Origin: Saccostrea echinata
Lineage: Eukaryota
Assembly (NCBI RefSeq): GCF_033153115.1
Contig: NW_026889765.1
Location: 14,942,001 to 15,006,000, forward strand
Length of the DNA: 64,000 nt
Direction of reading: 5' to 3'
Made by a program: the position numbers and the translations under genes. How positions within the stretch are numbered: position 1 is the stretch's first letter; every line of letters begins with the position of its first letter. Positions 10,445-22,497 of this stretch are shown here, piece after piece. The notes below the pieces were generated by a model that saw nothing but the letters and a program-made list of their open reading frames with translations, searched no databases and was not told the DNA's origin.

Positions 10445-13400
10445 TCAATGATAAGAACTCCGTTTGGGACCTTTCGGGGGTTTTCGGTCCCAGATCCATA
10501 ACTGTCGATCTGTTCCCAGGCATTTCTCCATGGAGACGGTCTGGCCATCTTCTGATAGTTCTAGACATCGGTCAGTCATAACATGTTGAATTGTGCCGTC
10601 CTCGAAAAAAAAGTTTAATTTACTTACAAAAGAATAAACATAGAAAGACTATATCCAATAGGAAATACTTCCAGGAAATTAAAGGTTATTTCATTTAACT
10701 CACAGAGACATGCACGCAGCATCGGTGGTGGTGGTGGGTGCTTTGGACATATAATGTCTCATTGTTAATTTAGTATAAACAATGTTCATCGAAAGGGTGG
10801 TTGCCTCCCCCTCCACTATTTTGTACTACATGTACATGTATAGTAAAATTCTTCCGTTTTGACGAAAAAAATTTGGAACCTACATCATGTAATCATCTTA
10901 ACCCCCTGCCCCTCCCTTTCGCCTTTGGATAATTTCCTTTTTCTGGCTTGTCAAAATTGTTTCAGTTTGGTTGTGATTTATTTTTCCGGCTTCCCCCATC
11001 CCGGCACTCACTTCCAAAAACGAATGTCTGAGAGAGCATTATGTCTAGATATATTTGTATAGAGTGTCGATCACTATGAGTCTAATGATTCTAAGTTGAA
11101 TAGTAGGAATATATAATGAGTAGGCCCGTAGTAAGCAATTTCAAGGGGGTGGTGGGTTGGGGGGCACAACCAATTATTTTCAGTTGGGGGGGGGGGGACT
11201 ATCAAGTAAAAATTCCTTGATAAGAAAAAAAGAAAGGTCATCAGGCACAAGCATAACGTACGAGGGGTGATCAAAAAGTTCGCGAACTATCTCTATATTT
11301 ACAAAACCACTCTTCAGATCAGAATGAAATTTGGCACACATATAGTCATCAAACTTCCGCCAGAGTTCGTTTGTACCAAACCAAATCTGTGTGCGGAGAC
11401 GCAGAGGACTATGGGTAGTATGATATAGTCATAATCATGTTCTATAAATAGCAGATGTTACGTAATGTTTTGTTGCATGTTTGTGACGTCACAATGTGAA
11501 AAAGACGTCAATATGTAGATGACTTGTGACAAAAAATGGCTGACACAGTCGTACTCGAGCAACGAAAGGCTTTAAAGTTTAACGTATATCTTGGAAATTC
11601 CTTCGCAGTAGCCTATAATAATTTGTACAAGATTTATGGAGAAAAAAGACTTGCCAGAAGTTCAGTCATTAATTGGATTGATTGTTTAAGTGAAGGAAGG
11701 GAAATGGTTAAAAATGATGTTTTTTCTGGTGCCCAGTGAAAGTAAGCTGGGAAAGAGATGTGTCCTTAGTTGAGCAATTGATTTTGAAAGATCGCCAAGT
11801 TACAGTTAGAAATAAAGTTGAATATCTTAAGAATATTATAAGTATTAAATCCATAAAATACCGTTTAGGTTCATACTTCATGTAAGAAGTCACGAAAATC
11901 AAAAGAAATGGGTAGGTGTTTGGTCTTTGTCCAAGATAGAGCTTCTGGTAAAGTCAGGGGCATTGAGCGGTATTTGTCTAAAACAGAGCTTCTGGTAAAG
12001 TCAGCGGCATTGAGCGGCATTTGTCCAAGACAGTGCCTCTAGTAAAGTCAGCGGCATTAAGCGGCATTTGTCCAAGACAGAGCTTCTGATGAAGTCAGCG
12101 GCATTGAGCGGCATTTGTCCAACACAGAGCTTCTGGTTAAGTCAGCGGCATTGAGCGGCATTTGTCCAAGACAGTGCCTCTAGTAAAGTCAGCGGCATTA
12201 AGCGGCATTTGTCCAAGACAAAGTTTTTGGTAAAGTCAGTGGCAGTGAGTTGCATTTGTCCAAGACAGTGCCTCTGTTAAAGTCAGCAGCATTGAGCGGC
12301 ATTTGTCCAAGACAGAGCTTCTGGTCACGTCAGCGGCATTGTGCGGCATTTCTCCAAGACAGAGCTTCTGGTAAAGTCAGCGGCATTGAGCGGCATTTGT
12401 CCAACACAGTGCCTCTGTTAAAGTCAGCGGCATTGAGCGGCATTTGTCCAAGACAGAGCTTCTGGTAAAGTCAGCGGCATTGAACGGCATTTGTCCAAGA
12501 CAGAGCTTCTGGTCACTTCAGCGGCATTGAGCGGCATTTCTCCAAGACAGAGCTTCTGGTAAAGTCAGCGGCATTGAGCGGCATTTGTCCAAGACAGTGC
12601 CTCTGTTAAAGTCAGCGGCATTGAGCGGCATTTGTCCAAGACAGAGCTTCTGGTAAAGTCAGCAGCATTGAGCGGCATTTGTCCAAGGCAGAGTTTCTGG
12701 TGAAGTCAGCGGCATTGAGCGGCATTTGTCCAACACAGAGCTTCTGGTGAAGTCAGCGGCATTGAGCGGCATTGTCCAACACACAGCGTCTAGTTAAGTC
12801 CAACATGGTACTTCTGCTAAAGTTAGTTGCAAAGTTTAAATAAGTTATATGAAAAGTTGAACTTTTCTCAAAAAAAATGTTTTATTCACTTTTGTACAAT
12901 GAAAATTCTTTTGCCTTAAAAAGAGTCACAGAAGGCCTGAAAAATTAATGTGTGCATAAATAATGTTTTGTTTAGACCAAGGACAGAAGAATCTGAAATA
13001 CAATTGATTCTTTTTCTACTGATAGAATTACTTATAATTAAGATAAGGTTTACCATTCTATCTATGAAAGGCACTGTAAAGATATTTGTTTTTCTTAAAT
13101 GGCAAGGATTTGATCATTAATTAGCATTTATGTTTTTTCCCTTTCTTTTGATCATATTTTCATTAGTACATAGATAATACAATAATATTGATTAAATTGA
13201 CTTCACTAAATAGCATAATCCTGTCCGGTTATCACCCAAGAAGCATGCTAATTAAGCATTACAGTAATGGCAGTCAGATACATACTTATCACCAATGTGT
13301 GATTCTGTCCCAAAATCTTAGCAAGTGTTTAAAACCCTAAAATGATTAGGCACATACTGTTAATCATCTGGCTTCAATATTCTAATTTTCTAAGAAATGT

Positions 13401-16400
13401 AATCATTGATATTGCTTGGTTATGACTATTAACTTAAGGGCATCCCATGCATAAGTAGCAAAAATATATCTTTGATCTTTAATTTTAAAATTAGAAAATA
13501 TGTAAAGAGTCCATAAATTGAGGTACATTAGAAAAAGCTTTACAATGAGATTTGTTTCAAAATTATCACAAAATAGATGTCTAACTTAGCGTCTAAGGAC
13601 TAATTAATGTCCCCCATTCAATACAAGTTAAACCACAAGAAAGAATGCCCCTTCCATATAAGGTCACTACATGAAGAATGCTGCTTATTCTGTATAAGGT
13701 CACTACATGAAGAATGCAGCTCATTCCATATAAGGTCACTACATGAAGAATGCTGCTTATTCCATAAAAGGTCACTACATGAAGAATGCTGCTTATTCCT
13801 ATAAGGTCACTACATGAAGAATGCTGCCTATTTCGTATAAGGTCACTACATGAAGAATGCTGCTTATTCGGTATAAGGTCACTACATGAAGAATGCTGCC
13901 TATTTTGTATAAGGTCACAACCTGAAGAATGCTGCTTATTCCGTATAAGGTCACTACATGGACAATGCTACTTATTCCGTATAAGGTCACTACATGAAGA
14001 ATGCTGCTTATTCTGTATATGCTAATTACATGAAAAACTTCCTCATTCTGTTTATGGTCACTACATGAAGAATGCTGCTTATTCAGTATAAGATCTCTAC
14101 TTGATGAATGCTGCTTATTCCGTATATGCTTATTAGATGAAGACTGCTGCTAGTTCTGTGTTGGACTTTACCAGAGGCACTGTGTTGGACAAGTGCTGCT
14201 CAATGCTGCTGACTTTACCAGAGGCACTGTGTTGGACAAATGCCGCTCAATGCTGCTGACCTCACCAGAAACTCTGTCCTGGACAAATGCCGCTCAATGC
14301 CGCTGACTTCACCAGAAGCTCTGTCTTGGACAAATGCCGCTCAATGCCGCTGAAGTGACCAGAAGCTCTGTCTTGGACGGACAAATGCCGTTCAATGCTG
14401 CTGACTTTACCAGAGGCACTGTGTTGGACAAATGCCACTCAATGCCGCTGACTTTACCAGAGGCTCTGTCTTGGACAAATGCCGCTCAATGCCACAGACT
14501 TCACCAGAAACTCTGTCTTGGACAAATGCCGCTCAATGCCGCTGAAGTTACCAGAAGCTCTGTGTGGAACAAATGCCACTCAATACTGCTGACCTCACCA
14601 GAAGCTCTGTGTTGGACAAATGCCGCTCAATGCCGCTGAAGTTATCAAAACTCTGTGTTGGACAAATGCCGCTCAATGCCACTGACTTTACCAGAAGCTC
14701 TGTCTTGGACAAATGCCGCTCAATGCCGCTGACCTCACCAGAAACTCTGTGTTGGACAAATGCCGCTCAATGCCGCTGAAGTTACCAGAAGCTCTGTGTT
14801 GGACAAATGCCGCTCAATGCCGCTGACTTCACCAGAAACTCTGTCTTGGACAGATGCCGCTCAATGCCACTGAAGTTACCAGAAGCACTGTGTTGGACAA
14901 ATGCCGCTCAATGCCGCTGACTTCGCCAGAGGCACTGTCTTGGACAAATGCCGCTCAATGCCGCTGACTTTAACAGAGGCACTGTCTTGGACAAATGTTG
15001 CTCAATGCCGCTGAAGTTACCAGAAGCTCTGTGTGGAACAAATGCCGCTCAATGCCGCTGACTTTACCAGAGGCACTGTCTTGGAAAAATGCCGCTCAAT
15101 GCCGCTGACTTCACCAGAAACTCTGTCTTGGACAAATGCCGCTCAATGCCGCTGAAGTTACCAGAAGCTCTGTCTTGGACAATTGCCGCTCAATGCCGCT
15201 GACTTTACCAGAGGCACAGTGTTGGACAAATGCCGCTCAATGCCGCTGACTTTACCAGAAGCTCTGTTTTGAACAAATGACGCTCAATGCCGCTGACTTT
15301 ATCAGAAGCACTGTGTTGGACAAATACCATGTTTTGACTCTTTAAATAGAAAAGTTTTTTAAAACATCTTACCCATGATATTACTTAGTACTTGTAGTAT
15401 TCTATAAACTAAAAGTAATGTTTCGTGACTTCTTACATGAAGGAATAGCCTACCGTTTATTTAAGACTTTAAATGTATCAGGTATGATAAAAAGAAGGCG
15501 CCAATACCTTATCCACAATGGAAAAACGACGCACCCAAGACCGAGAAGTCGGGTTGTGATGGCCACCATGCTCATTCTGGGAAAAGATACCCTTATCCAA
15601 CTATCCTATTGACGAAATTTGGCCATTTGTGACAAATGGACTCTTCTTGTTTTAAAAAATACTTGCATGGTAAGAAAATCGTTTAGTTTCCGTGAACAGA
15701 ACACTACGGAGCATGTCACTTGACCGCCTGGATCACGTGATTTGCGCATGGGCAGAACGGTGGCAGATGTGCATTAAAATCGGAGAAGACAACTTTAGAA
15801 AATAATAAACAGCGAAATCTAGTTTTATTTCTTTTATGGAAGTTATTCAATTAGTTCGCGAACTTTTTGGTCACCCCTCGTATGTATAGTATACTACATG
15901 TATATATATTTAGGCAAAATTATGGGGGTACCCCCTCTCCTTCCCAGTTCCTACGACCATGATATGATATACTTGTACGATATCATACCTCTCTGTAAGT
16001 CCAGTTTTGGTTTCCACCGTCTCCATGACAACCGTTGACGAAAACTTCCTGTCCTGAATCGTCTATACAACCATGTAAATCATGACGTATCTCGCCCTTT
16101 CGCGTGTATAACCAGTACTGTGTAAGAAAATAGATTATCCCAGACCAGTCAGTATTTCGCGTGTATAACCAGTACTGTGTGAGAAAGTAATTGTATCCCA
16201 GCCCAGTCAGAATTTTGGATTACGATTGATGGCAGATGTTGCATTGTTATACACGTACTTGTATCCATACATTATGTAACGTACAACAACTATTATTGTA
16301 TCAGTTGAACAGAGATAAAGGGTGACTTCATCGAGTCGTCAATTAAATAACTAAGGCGTGCATCTTGCCATGCATGAAATATATGTGAAATCTTCAAGAT

Positions 16401-19400
16401 GCAATTGTATTTGCAGAAATAAAATTAAGCATTGATTTAAATTTTGATTCTGAGCGTAATTTTCACGTATTTTACTCTAATTTATACATCTTTGTTCAAT
16501 ATCACATATGTTTAACTGTTAAGACTTAACTTTTCTAGCCTACAGTAGTAACCATTTACCTGATTCCCCTTTAGTCCGTGACAATAGAAAAGCTTCAGTG
16601 GTTTATTAACGTCACCGTATCTGTGAGGACTTTCTAAACACAGTGGTTGTGTCTTGCTTCTAATCTAAATGCATTAAAATCAACAAATCAAACACGGATG
16701 CAAATGTATAGTGATTATTTACTATAATTGTAAGTTTTCCTTTAAACTGGATTAACGCAAGAAAACTATGGCACGCCGATTGTTTCAAAATTATTTTCTG
16801 CACGACCTTAAACAAAAATTACACGAGTAAGGAAAAACTTACACAAAGTGAGGAAAATATACACGAAGTTATTAAAATTTACACAAACTATAGAAAAACT
16901 GCACAATCAACAAAATATTTACACGATATAGTGAGGAAATTACACAAAAGTAAAAAAGAAAACTGCACGAGTGAGAATACAGCAGTGACATAATATACTA
17001 CGCATCCTCATTGCGCACATTTCATTAATATTCAGTAGAGAACAGGTCAATGTGGCTTGGATGCTTGAAACATAATACAAAAGGTGGAGTAACGAGTATT
17101 CTTTAAAAAAAAAGATTCTTTTAAAATTCTGCTAGACTCTCAAGAATGTACAACGTATATTATACATGTAGATAAATTGACAGACACGCAATCTTAAACT
17201 TGTAGTATATGAACACCCCCGAATAAAAACATTCTACACAGAATACATGTATAGATAACGTAAAAAAGGGGATGCATATTACAAGTTGTGTGTTTAATTG
17301 TTGGATTTTTTAAGTATGTCATTCCTCTATATAGCAATTTCTTTTGAAAGTTTTGAACACTGACATATATGCCTAAATAAAAATAAATAAAAACAACATG
17401 TGATATAATACAGGAGAGTTAACAACAAATCACACTATTCTCCTCCACCTCCCACTATGTGTACTTTTGGTAATAATCAAGCATGTGCATGCGTGGCCAT
17501 TTCATACAGAGATCTCTCCCTGTTGCATGGTTCTGGAACGAAAAACACCTGTACGCTAATCGATTTATAGCTCTTTGACACACCAATAATACCTTTTGAT
17601 TAAAGATTACTAGCAATTTATACAAAGATTTTGAAGCAATGTTGCGATCATCTGGGTTGTGGAATTTGACCGAAAACGTTTTGGAAGTCAACAGTAAAGA
17701 AAATCGAGTAAATAATTGTTCAACTTAAATTTTAATTTTGAAACGCATATCTCACTTTTTGATGTATGTATGTAACAAAGTAGTAAACAGTAAATGTAGT
17801 CTTAACTTTTGAGCAATGTGTGGTGATTTCATAAAACTCCATGAAAATGTAGATAAAATATACAGTCGTTTTACTTATGTGAATTAAAGCTTTATTTATG
17901 TTGTTTTTAATGTACCGGCGGTAGTCTATTTTGAATAGTTAAAATGCATATAAATGAGTTAAGAAAATTTAAAAATGATAAAGTACAGGCACGTATAGTA
18001 CCGTTTTTGAAAGGGGGTGGGCAGCCAGAATTTTTTTTTTGACAACCTACCTGAAAAAAACGTTGACAAGCAAAATCAAAGTACTGTGAGTACTGATAGA
18101 CGGTGGCATGAATGTTGTTTGTTTTAATAAAAACGACCCTCTCGGGAATTTTTCACTCATAATGAGACGCCACTATTGCCATTGGTGGGCTGCAAATTTT
18201 ATATCTATACTCAGCACTTAGGGCCATTGTGCAGTGAGGGATCTTTTTTTCTGGCAAGCACTTACTGCGACACGGGACCTCAGTTTAACGGTCTCATCCG
18301 AAGGACCGGTCTCCACGTCCCGCAGTGGGATTCGAACCCGCGACCTAAGGATCGACTCCTTACTCCTTGACTCTAGAGCACACGCTCTAATTACTGGCCA
18401 CTGGCATGAATGAATTAAATTAAATAAAACGATATGAGAATCTGTAAAATGATATGGAAATTATGACAGTTTGTTGCAATTTTTCACAATACATGTATTT
18501 GATGAGTTATTTTATATTTGCGTCAGTATGATGAGGACATGTATCAATTGAAGTTGTTAAACAATTTATTGCATGAAATTTTCTATATTTATTTAGTTTT
18601 ATTGTAAAATAATGTTTGAAGAAAAAAAATGTGCTGAAATGCCAGAAACGAAAGCTTGATCATTTCAATCTTTTTTTTTTCATTAATTAATCCTTAAAAC
18701 AATTCATTTTACCCTAAATGTTAAATTAAGGGAATCAAAGGTTCTAATATATTCATGTGGTGACCGAACATATCTATTTTAAGATAGCTTTCTATACATG
18801 CATGTGTGGTTCCATTTAGGCTCTCTTCCAAGTTAGAAGTGCATTTATTTATTTATTTTTTTTTTTTAGCAGAAATGTGTTTGAGATATTTGAGGAACAA
18901 TTTAATAAACCTATTGTGAGTTGCAGATATGAGCGAGTATCAGTAAATTCCGAATTCATTGTACTTTCTTCGCATAATTTGAAAATAATCTTATCAGCAT
19001 GCATTTCAGCGATATCAAGTATCAAATGAAAAAGTTAAATTTTACAACAAAAAGTGTCATGAAGTCGTGGTGTTTTGAAGTTAGAAATTGTGATTTTATA
19101 ATTTAAAATCTTATACTCAGTGGTTTATTATCAAATTTTGCTAATCTGGAATAAAATTAAACTCACAATATTTTTTTTTAAACAAAAACTAACTTTTTCT
19201 TAAAATATATGGTAAAAAGGGAAATGATGAATCACTTTTGGCGTTGTACTGTAGATTGTGCGACATAAATCATATGCTGAAAGATAATGAAATAGACTTT
19301 ATCTTTGGATCTCCATTTTTGCCAAATTTCCAGTAATTTACTTATTTCCATAAGGTTGAAAGACTTCGAGAATTGTACAGGAGTTTTACCTTTTTGTTTG

Positions 19401-22400
19401 ATATATATATACTGTTCGAAAAGAAAAAAAAGAAGAAGAACAGAATAACAAAATAATTTTCACTCTCTATTTCTCTTAATATCTTATTATGCACTGACCC
19501 CGCTAGTCATTGCGTAATACGAAGTTTTGAAAACACATGACTTGTACATGTAGGAGAAGACTGCCCTATATTAAGTCAACTGAATTCGCAAGAAAATCCT
19601 AATATTTCATGTACGTGTATTTGTGTAGCTTTTTTCTTACACTTTTTAAAGGGTAAATTTTATTCGAGGCACGATAGTATTTTCAAATACAATTGAAATA
19701 TATGGGTAACTTTTGTTCGTCACAGTCTTATAATTATAGCTTTGATAAATAAGTATCCTTTCAGTAGTTTTTGTGTCCGAGATAATTAGGCAATGACTTT
19801 TGTTTTTAGATAGAACCGTAATAAACTTTGCAAAATGGCATCGTACCTGCCTTCAACAACTCTTTTTTATGTAAACTTTAAGAGGACGTGATTTTTTTTT
19901 TCATTCCGAAAATATATCTTTTTCTAATATAATATCGTCAACAGATACTAGAAATTCAAATAATCAAAAGACACGTAAAATTTCCATAAACTGTATAAGT
20001 ATTATTGTATAAAAATTCCATAAAACATCTCAAATAAAACATTTAAAGGCCGAGGTTTTCAACCGGTCGGTTTTCCTCAGGTATATATAAGTTTGGTGTG
20101 GGGTGGAGCTTAATTGAAACGGCTGTGAAGCCCCGAGGGAACCAAGCTGGCTTGTGTATACCTACCTATATACACAGGGTGTTACCTGTATATTACCTGT
20201 AAATGTTTTCCTAAGACATAGTTTTACTTCGCGTGTTGGTCAATCGAAATGTTGATCGTCAAATTTATGAAAACATGCTAAATTTTTTATGTAGACTGAT
20301 TCCTTTAGTTCAATTCTTTCTTTATGTTTGAATAAAGGAGAAAATTTTAGTTTAATTTTTGCGTTAATAAATTTCATGCAGTTCTGCAACAAGGAATACG
20401 CAGTCCTCGAATCATGTTAACTGAATTTTTGGAAAATAATGGAGAAATTTGGGGTCGACGCTTTCCAAGCATGGAGTATCTCGTAATTAGGGAATACCAT
20501 ATTGGGAACATCTCGTAATAAGCGTTTGTCACACATCCAACAGCGAAGAAACCGCCGAGAGTGTGTTGGCTTAACAATAATTATTTTATTTGCTAAGATG
20601 GTAAGGTGTAATGTGAAACCATTATCCATAAATATTTTCCCCCAGATTTTTTTTTTTTACTTTTAATAAATTTTATTGAAATTTTACATTTACACAACGT
20701 AAAAAAGGCCATGTGTACGAACTGACTTTTTGCATTTGTTTCATGTTCAGCAAATTTTATGTACGAATTGACTTCTGTGGTTTGCATACGAATTGACTCC
20801 TTATATGCGAATCAGTTTTTGTACGAATTAACATTAAGTCGACGTAATTTAATGAATATTCATGAGGCGAGAAATATTATAACGGCAAATATCTGGAATT
20901 AAACTTTGCGCCCATCAACAAAATGTCATTGAAATAACTTAAGAACAATGTACATTTTATTTTCGAACATCGAAACGACCCCACTTTCATTACTTTGTCT
21001 CTGCAAAAATCGCCGCTAGGGTCCCCGTGATTTTACACTGTTGTTTATTCATCGCCCAGACCAGCAGCAATAGCCTGTGGCTATAAATAGCCACCGTCTA
21101 AAAAGGGTAAAGTGTCCAAATCCAAACTCGAAAATCCTATTTCGTGGAGGGGGGGGGGTCCACCTTCCACTTTCTTTTCGAAACACATTATAATACCAAA
21201 TTACTTTGATTTAAACTATCCTACAACAGAAGGGGGGGGGGGCAACCAGCTTTTCAATGGACATTTACAATAGAAGTAGGTTATGTTTGGAAAAAAGTGG
21301 GGGCCCCTCCTGATGCTTCGTGCCTGAAATATTTTTTTAAGAATTTAAGGGTACATATCATAGTCTATCGAAATCTGGATTGCAATTCATCTGAACTGTA
21401 ATGATATTGTAAGACCAAATTCAAGAAGACATACAAGATGAACTTAATTAGCTGGGACTTGGCTACACATGCATATTTATTTTCAATGCAGATTTTGACA
21501 ATAATAAATTTGCACACGGTAATAAAACAAAGATTTCTTGAGGTTTCTATTCGTCATATGTTTTCTTATACATGTATTTATTCGTAGTCATAATCGAATT
21601 AAAACAAGACCTGGTTGATGCCATTGATACACATGTACAATATTGCTATAAAGCAAACTTTTTAATTACTTGTACATGTATACGTAGATTTGGGTAAAAA
21701 AGTGTTTTTACAAAAAATTAGTGTTCGGAAAATAATTAAAATTTTATGCATACGAATTCGAAATGTAAAGAGAATTTGTTTTTTCTTATTTGTAACATTG
21801 TACGTAGATGTATTTAGTAATTCACTATGTTTTAAAATTTCTGATGTGTCGTTATGGTCCAACGATTTGAAACTTTAATAAATACATAGATTCAGATGTT
21901 GCGACTCAATCAATCCACGAACCAGATCCGCCACTAATGATATGTTTTACCGGTGCCAGGATTATTTGAGTATAGAGTTTTGTTATTTCAGTTGGACAAA
22001 TTTTAAGTAACAAAACACAAAACCGCATGTACATAAAGCACATAGAGTATATATGTTTTCCTATATCTGGTCCTTTTTATTAAAAGTGAAAACATTTTTC
22101 AAGTAATCGCCATTACGAATGAGGGTAACGCTTACCCTTAGGAATGTCTTGTTTTTTTATTGAGTAGTTTATGACTGAAAATATGCGATATCATGGAAGG
22201 AATTCATAACAGTGTAGGCTACAGATATCCAACCAAAATTGATATCCTCATATTTTATACTGATAAAAAAGATACATGTATAAATATACATGTATAATAC
22301 ATTGTATAATTATACATGTATAATATTTAAATAAAATATTTTTTATGTTTGAATTTAAAAACATACTGTGTATATCTAAGGTCAGGTAATCCCCACTTTT

Positions 22401-22461
22401 TAATCTTTTTGAAAATAAAAAAAATATATCCAGCCAACTAAATAATTTCCTATTCCTAAAT

Positions 22462-22497
<36 letters not shown>

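Larger units (their letters stand above)
11921..15329. mobile_element. 3.4-kb fold-back element with inverted 47-bp satellite arms
   Basis: Termini TGGTCTTTGTCCAA / TTGGACAAATACCA; 4-bp TSD TGTT (11917-11920 / 15330-15333); mirrored inner arm ends AAGTCCAACA / TGTTGGACTT. Confidence 0.88.
11868..15450. mobile_element. ~170-bp MITE with 9-bp TSD (Mutator-like), split by the fold-back element
   Basis: TIR core CTTCATGTAAGAAGTCACGAAA (from 11876) / TTTCGTGACTTCTTACATGAAG (from 15421); GG..CC termini; perfect TSD TACCGTTTA at 11859-11867 and 15451-15459. Confidence 0.8.
11261..15880 (+). mobile_element. Decayed Tc1/mariner element carrying nested insertions
   Basis: 29-bp TIR CGAGGGGTGA(T/C)CAAAAAGTTCGCGAACTA with TA TSD at both ends. 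N-terminal HTH remnant at 11536-11850 ([38 protein letters not shown]) and a YSPDLAPCD-like remnant (Y*RNLAICD) near 15605-15690. Confidence 0.92.

Noticed and set aside
10368-10568. [14 protein letters not shown].. (and 38828-39061) as a separate conserved small gene
   Set aside because: Alternative frame of the last GALNT exon; the conservation comes from the lectin-coding frame.
13593-14779. Cys/His-rich repeat ORFs ([11 protein letters not shown]..., [12 protein letters not shown]...) as metallothionein-like or antifreeze-like proteins
   Set aside because: They are by-products of tandem repeats, broken by frameshifts, with no signal peptide or splice support.
11927-15329. 47-bp and 36-bp arrays as CRISPR arrays
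   Set aside because: Units are head-to-tail with no unique spacers, there are no cas genes, and the context is a eukaryotic intron.
17455-17691. 78-aa ORF, and 20374-20629 ORFs, as transposase exons of the 6.1-kb element
   Set aside because: No recognisable motif or convincing splice sites; needs a profile search.
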